A program made the position numbers and the translations under genes. Positions 8,950 to 16,454 of a stretch of DNA of 64,000 bases are shown piece after piece. The DNA is from Planctomycetota bacterium (lineage in GTDB: Bacteria; Planctomycetota; Brocadiia; JAADGH01), in the NCBI GenBank assembly GCA_040755855.1, contig JBFMAD010000002.1, positions 96,001-160,000 on the forward strand, written 5' to 3'. The notes under the pieces were generated by a model. That model searched no databases, was not told the origin of the DNA, and was given only the letters and a program-made list of their open reading frames with translations. How positions within the stretch are numbered: position 1 is the first letter of the stretch; every line of letters begins with the position of its first letter.

Positions 8950-10385
8950 ACCGTCTTATGCGGGTAGTCAATAGCCCACGCGCCCTCGCCCTCCTTCGCG
9001 TCGCCCCACATGGCCATGAACTCCGCCGTCGCCTTGTGATCGCGCAGGTGGCTGAGGAACAGCTTGTGCATCTCCGCCACAACGTCCTCGTGCTTGTCGG
9101 CGACGTTCTTCGCCGCCAGGGGATCCTTCTTCATGTCGTAGAGTTCTCGCCGCCCATACGCCCCCACCGGCGCGTAGCCCCATTTCTTCGTCACGAGGAA
9201 CGGCGTCACGGCCTTGCGCGGGCGCTGGCCCTCCTTGCTCCGCACGCAGCAGCCGCTCACGACGTAGTCGCGGTGCTTCGCCTTGCCGTTGAGGACGGCC
9301 TTGGCGAACGACTTGCCGTCGAAGGGCTTGGGCGGTTCGACCTTCGCCCCGGCCAGCTCGGCCATCGTCGGCAAGAGGTCCATGGGCGAGACGAACATAT
9401 CCAGGCTCTGTCCCTTCGGCACGTCGCCGCCTGCGACGAGGCACGGCGTGCGGCCGATCTCGGGGTAGATGGGCCAGTAGCGCGGGTCGTTGTCGTGGAT
9501 GTTCGACTTGCCCGTGCGCTTGTGCTCGCCGATGGACATGCCGTGGTCGGACGTGACGAGGACGATCGAGTCGTTCCACAGTTCGAGGTCGTCAATTTTC
9601 TCCAGCACGCGCCCGATCCACTTGTCCACCAGTTCCGACTCGGCGGCGTAGTGGGCCCACAGGTTCTTCAGCTCCGCGTCGCTGAAGGCAGAGACGTGAC
9701 CGTAGTTCGGATGGAGCATCGGGGTGCCGGTGTAGTCCGGGTCGTAGCGCTTGACTAAGTATTCGGGGGCGTCCCACGGCTCATGGGGGTCGAAGAAGTC
9801 CACCCACAGGAAGAACGGGCCGGACTTGTAGTTCTCCTCGAGCCAGCGCATCGTCAACATGCCCGTCTTGGCGGGGAACATGTCGAACTCCGACGTGCAG
9901 TAGCGGTTGACCCATCGGTGGACGTCCACGAGGGTATGGTTTCGGAATCGCGGGAGGGTGCGGGTCTTGTCGTCGGGCACGACGTTGACGATCTCGTCGT
10001 TCAGGTGGAGGAGGGGACGGTCGGCCTCCTGGCCGCGGTTCTGGAAGGCGGAGTCGAATCGTTCGTGGAAGCGGGCGCGGAAGAGGTGAGGGCAGTCGCA
10101 GAGGAGCTGGGTGGCGTAGCCCGCCTTGCCGAGCATGGCGGCGATGTGGTTCGGGCCGCTCAGGTCAATGGGCTGCCAGCCGTAGTGGGGCCAGCCGCAG
10201 ACGCCGGTGGCTACGTCGGTGCGATGGGGGATGGTGGGGAAGCTGCCGACGTAGCTGCCGTGGATTTCGGTCGCGCGCTCGGCGATGAATTTGTCGAGGT
10301 ACGGCGACCGCACGGGTCGCTCGGCCCGCTCGCCCAGGTTGTCATAGCGGTATGTGTCCGTGATGAGCAGGATGATATTCTTCAT
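8946..10385 (-). CDS. Sulfatase/alkaline phosphatase superfamily hydrolase
   Basis: NIILLITDT, PTIPHR...ATG, FDPHEPW, TSDHG, ELYDMKKDP. SD AGGAG. Confidence 0.9.
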   Translation of the reverse strand: MKNIILLITDTYRYDNLGERAERPVRSPYLDKFIAERATEIHGSYVGSFPTIPHRTDVATGVCGWPHYGWQPIDLSGPNHIAAMLGKAGYATQLLCDCPHLFRARFHERFDSAFQNRGQEADRPLLHLNDEIVNVVPDDKTRTLPRFRNHTLVDVHRWVNRYCTSEFDMFPAKTGMLTMRWLEENYKSGPFFLWVDFFDPHEPWDAPEYLVKRYDPDYTGTPMLHPNYGHVSAFSDAELKNLWAHYAAESELVDKWIGRVLEKIDDLELWNDSIVLVTSDHGMSIGEHKRTGKSNIHDNDPRYWPIYPEIGRTPCLVAGGDVPKGQSLDMFVSPMDLLPTMAELAGAKVEPPKPFDGKSFAKAVLNGKAKHRDYVVSGCCVRSKEGQRPRKAVTPFLVTKKWGYAPVGAYGRRELYDMKKDPLAAKNVADKHEDVVAEMHKLFLSHLRDHKATAEFMAMWGDAKEGEGAWAIDYPHKTV

Positions 10386-10508
10386 GCGCAAATTCTCCTA
10401 TGTGAAAACCAAATGCCAATACCCAGATGCCGACTGCATCGCCGTCTAACGGAAAGTTGGTCTCTTTCTATCAGGAATCGGCTTGCGGCACAAGGATTTT
10501 TGGGTCTC

Positions 10509-10541
10509 AACCTCCCGGAGGTTCCGAACCTCCGGGAGGTT
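10509..10541. repeat. Perfect 15-bp inverted repeat (REP-like hairpin)
   Basis: AACCTCCCGGAGGTT-CCG-AACCTCCGGGAGGTT. Confidence 0.75.
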
Positions 10542-10692
10542 GGGCATTAGGTGAGTGCAGTGGCGGGGAGAGGAAGGTAGGAAGAACGGCAACTGGTAGC
10601 GGAAGTCGCCAGACTTCCGATGATTCTGGGCCTTCCTCGATTCTATGCGTATTCCGTCCGAACGGGATTCTACGTGATGCAGCAAATTGAGT

Positions 10693-10986
10693 TCATCCGC
10701 TACTCCCGATGAGGCGGGAAAACAAAGGATACCATATGGGAGACAGAAGTAAAAGCCAGCCGACGAAGCGCGCTACGGCGCCAAGGGCCGGCGAGGCCGC
10801 GTCTGCCCCGCGCACCTGACCTTGAAGGGTCCGGAGCTCTGCCAAGTCGTCGGAAAGCCAGATAATCCCCACAGGGAAAATGATGAAGAGAATCGAGGAT
10901 AGGGCGCCGCCGAGACCGTCGCATACAGCGCCAATCAGCACCCACGCCATCGCGACCACCAGAGACAGGACTCTGTGCCAGAACAT
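10693..10986 (-). CDS. Small membrane protein (about 3 TM)
   Basis: Hydrophobic helices. SD GGAGGT upstream. Confidence 0.6.
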   Translation of the reverse strand: MFWHRVLSLVVAMAWVLIGAVCDGLGGALSSILFIIFPVGIIWLSDDLAELRTLQGQVRGADAASPALGAVARFVGWLLLLSPIWYPLFSRLIGSSG

Positions 10987-11205
10987 GCTAACCGTTACCT
11001 CCCAATTGATTCTGCATATCCCGGAACATAGTCATCCGCCCGCTCCCCGCATCGTGGATGAGGAGGGTGAGGCAGGTGAGAATGAAGATTGCAGTAATGA
11101 TCCGTCGCATGAACGCCCCCGAAAGGAGTTGGGTCCAAGATTCCCTATGCGAAGTTTACCCCACGGATCGGCGGATGTCAACCTCGGGTGCTCTGCGGGG
11201 GAGGG

Positions 11206-11329
11206 AAAGTCGAAAGGTCGCAGAGTCCAAGGGTCGAAGGGCAAGAGTTCTCCTGCTCTTCGACTCTTCGACTCTTAGACTTTTCGATCCTGTGACTCTT
11301 TGACTCTTTGCCCCTTCGACCCGGCGACC
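11206..11329. repeat. Inverted pair of degenerate 8-nt tandem-repeat arrays
   Basis: Left arm of AGGGTCGA-like units at 11206-11248. Right arm of GACTCTTC-like units at 11255-11329. The two arms are complementary. Confidence 0.75.
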
Positions 11330-11401
11330 AAAGATCGGCCGCTACGGGAACAGGCTATCCCGTAGTTGCGCCACTTTTTTGAAGTATTTTTCAAATTTCC
11401 C

Positions 11402-11429
11402 TTGACTTCCGGCCAAATCAGGCTATACT
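11402..11429 (+). promoter_or_regulatory. Sigma70-type promoter of the ROK operon
   Basis: TTGACT-16 nt-TATACT. Confidence 0.6.
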
Positions 11430-11506
11430 TATGTGCAGAATGAGATAAAGATGGCTCTCGTGGAACGGAGAAAGTTGGCTTAGGGCCTGTCCGAGAACCA
11501 AGTACT

Positions 11507-11563
11507 TGTAGCCGCACTCTTTATGGGTGCGGACCTCCCGCAGGCATAAAGCCTGCGGCTACA
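11507..11563. repeat. REP/REPIN-like GTAG...CTAC element
   Basis: TGTAGCCGCACTCTTTATGGGTGCGG...CCGCAGGCATAAAGCCTGCGGCTACA. A related copy lies at 55710-55779. Confidence 0.8.
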
Positions 11564-11604
11564 GGTTCCCGATGCTCCCATATGAGTCAACTTGCGCCAA
11601 TCCC

Positions 11605-12888
11605 ATGAACCCCCCACCTCCCTTTACCGAGCTGAATCCCCTGCAAATCTCACTACTCCGGGCGCTGAGACACGCCGCGCCCCTGCCGCCCGACACCCTG
11701 GCCTCGCTCCTCGGCATCACCCGCCCCACGTGCGCCCGGCTGATCCAGGGCATGGCGCGAAAGAAGTGGATACGGAAGGCCGGGCTCGGCGATTCCACCG
11801 GCGGGCGCAGGCCCGTTCTCTGGGACATCGCCCCCGACGCGGCCCATGTCGGCGGCCTCGCCATCGAGGTCGGTCGGATGACCGCGGCCGCGGCGGATAT
11901 GAGCGGCCAGGTCGCCGCGCGGAACGAATGTGACTTCGACGTGGATGCCGGACTCGACGCCTTCGTGTCCACCGCCGCGCGCCTCATCGAGGAGACCATC
12001 AGCGCGGCGCAGATCGCTCCGGAACAACTCATCGGCGTCGGCGTCACTGCGCCGGGGGTGGTGGATCGCCGGGCCGGGTCGCTCGTCTTCTGCGCGCACT
12101 ATCGGGATGTCGAGTGGTGGCGGGACGTCCCGCTCTTGGCCCGGCTGCGCGAGCGGATCGCCGCGCCGTTCATCCTCGACTACCACTCCAATGCCTGTCT
12201 CCTCGGCGGGCACTGGTTCGGCGCGCAGCGCGGGGCGGCGAACATGATCTATATCCCGGTCGAGACGCAGGGCCTCGGCGTGGGCATCCTGATCAATGGC
12301 GAGGTCTATCGCGGGGCAGGCGGTAGCGCGGGCGAGTTCGGCCACATGACCATCGAGCAGAACGGTCGCCTCTGCCGGTGCGGCGGCCGGGGGTGCTTGG
12401 AGGCGTATGTCTCCGGCGCGGAGATCGTGCGCAAGGCCCAAGCGATCCGGAAGGCGGGCGGGCAGTCCTCCATCTTCCACGGACTGGCGGCGGGTGATGA
12501 GCCGACGGTCCGCGCCGTGGCGGAGGCGGCGCAATCGGGCGACCGGATCGGGCGGGGGATCGTCGAGGAGACGGGGCAGGCGCTCGGCGTCGGCATTGCG
12601 AACTTAGTGAACCTGCTCAATCCATCGCTTGTCGTCATCGGGGGCGACGTGGCGCGGGCGGGGGATGTCCTGCTCGATGCGGTGCGGTCCGTCGTCCGCC
12701 GTCGTGCGCTGGAGAAGTCAGCGGGCGAGGTCCGATTCCTTTGCGCGGACAGTTCGCCCGATGACATGTTGCGAGGGACGATTGCGATGGTCTTGCAAGA
12801 GACGTTCGGATCCCCTTGTCACACTCAACATCTGCTCGAACAGATGAAGCCAAAGCAATGTTCAACGGTTCAAGAGAGCGCGAGGTGA
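11605..12888 (+). CDS. ROK family transcriptional regulator
   Basis: N-terminal wHTH with STGGRRP, GLGVGILINGEVYRG...AGEFGHMT, CRCGGRGCLE. Confidence 0.95.
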   Translation: MNPPPPFTELNPLQISLLRALRHAAPLPPDTLASLLGITRPTCARLIQGMARKKWIRKAGLGDSTGGRRPVLWDIAPDAAHVGGLAIEVGRMTAAAADMSGQVAARNECDFDVDAGLDAFVSTAARLIEETISAAQIAPEQLIGVGVTAPGVVDRRAGSLVFCAHYRDVEWWRDVPLLARLRERIAAPFILDYHSNACLLGGHWFGAQRGAANMIYIPVETQGLGVGILINGEVYRGAGGSAGEFGHMTIEQNGRLCRCGGRGCLEAYVSGAEIVRKAQAIRKAGGQSSIFHGLAAGDEPTVRAVAEAAQSGDRIGRGIVEETGQALGVGIANLVNLLNPSLVVIGGDVARAGDVLLDAVRSVVRRRALEKSAGEVRFLCADSSPDDMLRGTIAMVLQETFGSPCHTQHLLEQMKPKQCSTVQESAR

Positions 12889-12892
12889 TGCG

Positions 12893-13954
12893 ATGGGAAG
12901 GAAAGGGTTGAGAGCGCCGGTCCGGTGCGCCGTGGTCGGGTATGGGGCGGCGCACATCTTCGGCCGGGCGCACGGACGATGGATTGACGCTACGCCCGGT
13001 CTGAAATGGGCGGCCGTCTGCGACAGGGACCCGGAGCGCCTCAAGGCCGCCAAGGATGAATTTCCACAACTCGATACGTACGAGACGGTTACGGACATGC
13101 TCTCCAAGGGCAACATTGACATGGTTTCGATTGTCACGCCGCACTTCACGCACGCGCCGATCTCGATCGAGTGCATGAACGCGGGGAAGCATGTCGTGTG
13201 CGACAAGGCGATGTGCCTGAGCGTGGCTGAGGCGGACGCGATGATTGACGCGGCGAAGAAGAACGACGTGATGCTCGCTATCTTCCATGCGCGCCGGCAC
13301 GACGGCAACTTCCGCGCGATCAAGGAGGCGGTGCACAGCGGGCAGATCGGCGACGTCTTCCACATCGAGCTGACGGCCGGCGGCTACGGCAGGCCGCGCG
13401 ACTGGTGGTACAGCAAGAAGGCCCTCGGCGGCGGGGCGTTCTACTACTGGGGACCACACGCGGTGGACTGGGTGCTCGATCTCGTCCGGCAGAAGATACG
13501 GGGCGTCACCGGATTCTATCACAAGTTGGTCTGGGACCATGTGGACCAAGAGGACCAGGTGCGTGCGCTCATCCTTTTCGAGAATGGGTGCGTCGCGGAC
13601 GTGAGTCACTCGCACATCGCCGCCATCGGCAAGCCGCTCTGGCGGATTCTGGGCACGAAGGGGGCGATCCTCGATACCGGCAGCGGCGGCGCCAAGGACT
13701 ACCAGAACGAGATTGTCGGGCCGTCGGGCGGGAGTTTCCAGATGGTGCAGATCACGGACGACGGGCGGAAGAGCGTTGAGGTCCGATACAAGGAATCGGA
13801 CTGGCTGACATATTACAAGGAGATTGCCGACCACCTGTTGCGCGGCGGGCCGATCCCTGTGACAGGGGAGGACGGTCGGCGGACGATCGCGGTGTTTGAG
13901 GCGGCGGAGAAGTCGTCGAAGAGTGGAAAAACGGAACCGGTCGCGTATGAGTAA
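12893..13954 (+). CDS. Gfo/Idh/MocA family oxidoreductase
   Basis: VVGYG, IVTPHFTH, GKHVVCDKAM, GGGAFYYWGPHAVD. Confidence 0.92.
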   Translation: MGRKGLRAPVRCAVVGYGAAHIFGRAHGRWIDATPGLKWAAVCDRDPERLKAAKDEFPQLDTYETVTDMLSKGNIDMVSIVTPHFTHAPISIECMNAGKHVVCDKAMCLSVAEADAMIDAAKKNDVMLAIFHARRHDGNFRAIKEAVHSGQIGDVFHIELTAGGYGRPRDWWYSKKALGGGAFYYWGPHAVDWVLDLVRQKIRGVTGFYHKLVWDHVDQEDQVRALILFENGCVADVSHSHIAAIGKPLWRILGTKGAILDTGSGGAKDYQNEIVGPSGGSFQMVQITDDGRKSVEVRYKESDWLTYYKEIADHLLRGGPIPVTGEDGRRTIAVFEAAEKSSKSGKTEPVAYE

Positions 13955-13970
13955 TTTTGGATTTTGGATT
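13955..13970 (+). repeat. Heptamer array (TTTTGGA)2TT
   Basis: Lies directly after the TAA and before the SD GGAGGA of the four-helix-bundle gene. Confidence 0.75.
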
Positions 13971-13980
13971 GGAGGAAAAG

Positions 13981-14386
13981 ATGGACGAACAAGAACTCAA
14001 ACGACGAACGAAACAGTTCGCGCTTCCGGGTGATGAAGCTCGTGGCAGCCCTCGGCAAAGGACGAATGGAAGACACCATCGGACGCCAACTTGTTCGAGC
14101 GGGCACATCGGTCGGGGCAAATTACCGGTCGGCCTGTCGAGCGCGCTCCGTTGCCGAATTTCTATCGAGAATCGGTATTGCGGAAGAGGAAGCCGATGAG
14201 TCGGCCTACTGGTTGGAATTGATCATCGAAGGGAGACTGATGTCCGAAAAGCGTGTGCGGCCTTTGCTTCAAGAGGCAGATGAACTGACAGCCATCTTCG
14301 CTGCCTCGATCAAGACCGCCAGGCGCAATCCAAAATCCAAAATCCAAAATCCAAAATCAGAAACAAAGGAGAGAACCCATGCCTGA
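13981..14386 (+). pseudogene. Four-helix-bundle protein (23S rRNA-IVP/Avd-like family), frameshifted near 14026
   Basis: MDEQELKRRTKQFAL in one frame continues as RVMKLVAAL...IGRQLVRAGTSVGANYRSACRARS...EEEADESAYWLEL in the +1 frame. One extra C in CTTCCGGG. Confidence 0.85.
14327..14358 (+). repeat. Heptamer array (AATCCAA)4AATC
   Basis: Reverse complement of the TTTTGGA arrays. Encodes NPKSKIQNPKS at the end of the four-helix-bundle gene. Confidence 0.9.
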
Positions 14387-15398
14387 TCGAGACAAACTGA
14401 TTGAGATGTTGCGGTTGATGCGCAAGATTCGCCATTTCGAGGAACGACTGACGGGACTTTACAATTACGAAAGTTTTTTAGACAAGGACGACATCGCGGG
14501 GGACATGTACGACTTCGCGAGCAAGGGGATCATCGCCGGTGCGGTGCACCTCTCCATCGGCCAGGAGGCAACGCACGTGGGGGTGTGTTCGGCGCTGAAC
14601 AAGGACGACTTCGTGACGAGCACCCACCGCGGACACGGCCACTGCATCGCGAAGGGCGCGGAGCTGAAGCCGATGATGGCGGAGCTGATGGGCCGGAAGA
14701 GCGGCTACAGCAAGGGGTGCGGCGGGTCAATGCACATCTTCTGCAAGGAGCTGGGGCTCCTGGGCGGCAACGGGATCATCGGGGCGCAGATTCCCCTGGC
14801 CACGGGCGCGGCGTTCTCGGCCAAGTATCGCGGGACGAAGCAGGTGGCCGTGGCCTTCTTCGGCGACGGCGCGAGCAACCAGGGCACGTTCCACGAGTCG
14901 CTGAACATCGCATCGCTGTGGGCCTTGCCCGTGATTTACCTCTGTGAAAATAACCTCTACGCGGCCTCAACGCCCGCGGAGATCGCCCTGGCGATCCCCA
15001 ACGCCGCGGACAAGGCCCCGGGCTACGGCATACCCGGCAAGATCGTTGACGGGCAGGATGTGCTGGCCGTGTATGAGGTCGCATCCGAGGCGGTGGCGCG
15101 GGCGCGGGCGGGCGAAGGGCCGACGCTGATCGAGAGCAAGACCTATCGCTTCACCAGCCATGCCGGGGCGGGCCGGGGCGCGCACAACAACCCCAAGGAG
15201 CTGGAGGAATGGATGAAGCGCGACCCCATAACCCTTTTCGAAAAGAATCTCCGCGACGACGGAATAATGACGGCCGAGGAGCAGGAGGCGATGAAGCAGG
15301 AAATCCTCGCCGAGGCGGAGGAAGCGGTGGCGTTCGCGAAGGACAGCGCGTTTCCGACGTTCGATGAGATGCCGGTGATGGCGAATACCGAACTGTGA
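14379..15398 (+). CDS. TPP-dependent dehydrogenase E1 alpha subunit (PdhA/AcoA-like)
   Basis: HLSIGQEA, STHRGHGH, GGSMH, FFGDGASNQG...ENN. Confidence 0.92.
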   Translation: MPDRDKLIEMLRLMRKIRHFEERLTGLYNYESFLDKDDIAGDMYDFASKGIIAGAVHLSIGQEATHVGVCSALNKDDFVTSTHRGHGHCIAKGAELKPMMAELMGRKSGYSKGCGGSMHIFCKELGLLGGNGIIGAQIPLATGAAFSAKYRGTKQVAVAFFGDGASNQGTFHESLNIASLWALPVIYLCENNLYAASTPAEIALAIPNAADKAPGYGIPGKIVDGQDVLAVYEVASEAVARARAGEGPTLIESKTYRFTSHAGAGRGAHNNPKELEEWMKRDPITLFEKNLRDDGIMTAEEQEAMKQEILAEAEEAVAFAKDSAFPTFDEMPVMANTEL

Positions 15399-15399
15399 A

Positions 15400-15429
15400 T
15401 TTTCGATTTGCGATTGCCGATTTTCGATT
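15400..15429 (+). repeat. Degenerate heptamer array TTTTCGA-TTTGCGA-TTGCCGA-TTTTCGA
   Basis: Lies between the E1 alpha stop and the E1 beta SD. Confidence 0.8.
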
Positions 15430-15443
15430 GGAAGGAGACGAAG

Positions 15444-16406
15444 ATGAGAGAACTGAAATACACGCAAGCAATGAGCGAAGCGATACGCGAGGAGCAGGAG
15501 CGCGATGAGACGGTCTTTCAGATCGGCGAGGACATCGGCCCCGTGCGGAAGCGGGACCAACTATGGGAGCAGTTCGTGGCCAATCGAATCTGGCAGACGC
15601 CGATCTCCGAGTCGGGATTCGTCGGTCTGGCCGCGGGCGCGGCGATGACCGGGCTGCGGCCGATCGCGGTGGTCATGTACTGCGACTTCGTCGGCGTGTG
15701 CATGGACCCGATCGTCAACCAGGCGGCGAAGGTCTATCTCATGTCCGGCGGCGCGATCAAGGTGCCCATGGTGATTCGCACCCCCGCCGGCGCCGGCACG
15801 CGGGAGGGCGGCCACCACAGCGGGAGCCTGGAGAGCTGGTTCGTCCACTCACCGGGGCTGAAGGTCGTCATGCCGTCGGACCCCTACGACGCGAAGGGCC
15901 TGATGAAGTCCGCCATCCGCGACGACGGGCCGGTGGTCTACATCCAGCACCGCATTCTCCACCGCCTCAGCACGCAGCAGTGCCCGGAGGGCGAGTGGCT
16001 CGTCCCGATCGGGGAGGCGGCGGTCAAGCGGGAGGGGACGGACATCACGGTCATCGGCGTTTCCATAGGCGTGATGAAGGCGCTGCAGGCCGCGGAGAAA
16101 CTCGACGGTAAGATCAGCGTCGAGGTCGTTGATCCCCGGTCGCTCGTGCCGCTGGATATGAAGACGATCCTGGCATCCATCAAGAAGACAGGCCATCTGC
16201 TGGTCGTGCACGATGCGCCGCGCCGGGGCGGCGTGGGGGCGGAGATCGTGCGGCGAGTGGTCGAGGAGGGGTTCGACCTCCTGAAGAAGCCACCGAAGGT
16301 CCTCGGCGGGTTGAATACACCCATGCCCTACAGCGCGCCGCTGGAGGACGCCTGCCTACCGCAGCCGAAGGACATCGTGAAGGCGGTCAGGGAAATGGTG
16401 AGATAA
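15444..16406 (+). CDS. TPP-dependent dehydrogenase E1 beta subunit (PdhB/AcoB-like)
   Basis: TPISESGFVG, NQAAK, HHSGSLE, PGLKVV, VEVVDPRSLVPLD. Confidence 0.92.
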   Translation: MRELKYTQAMSEAIREEQERDETVFQIGEDIGPVRKRDQLWEQFVANRIWQTPISESGFVGLAAGAAMTGLRPIAVVMYCDFVGVCMDPIVNQAAKVYLMSGGAIKVPMVIRTPAGAGTREGGHHSGSLESWFVHSPGLKVVMPSDPYDAKGLMKSAIRDDGPVVYIQHRILHRLSTQQCPEGEWLVPIGEAAVKREGTDITVIGVSIGVMKALQAAEKLDGKISVEVVDPRSLVPLDMKTILASIKKTGHLLVVHDAPRRGGVGAEIVRRVVEEGFDLLKKPPKVLGGLNTPMPYSAPLEDACLPQPKDIVKAVREMVR

Positions 16407-16439
16407 TTTTGGATTTTGGATTTTCGATTTTGGATTTTT
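16407..16439 (+). repeat. Heptamer array TTTTGGA-TTTTGGA-TTTTCGA-TTTTGGA
   Basis: Lies between the E1 beta stop and the SD of the next gene. Confidence 0.85.
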
Positions 16440-16454
16440 CCAGGAGAGATAGCG

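Noticed and set aside
10400..10690. Short ORFs and faint 7-mer periodicity upstream of the sulfatase
   Set aside because: No coding signal, and the periodicity is too degenerate to support.
13955..16439. Repeat arrays read as a CRISPR array or a DGR
   Set aside because: Units are 7 nt and tandem, with no spacers, cas genes, reverse transcriptase or TR/VR pair in the window.
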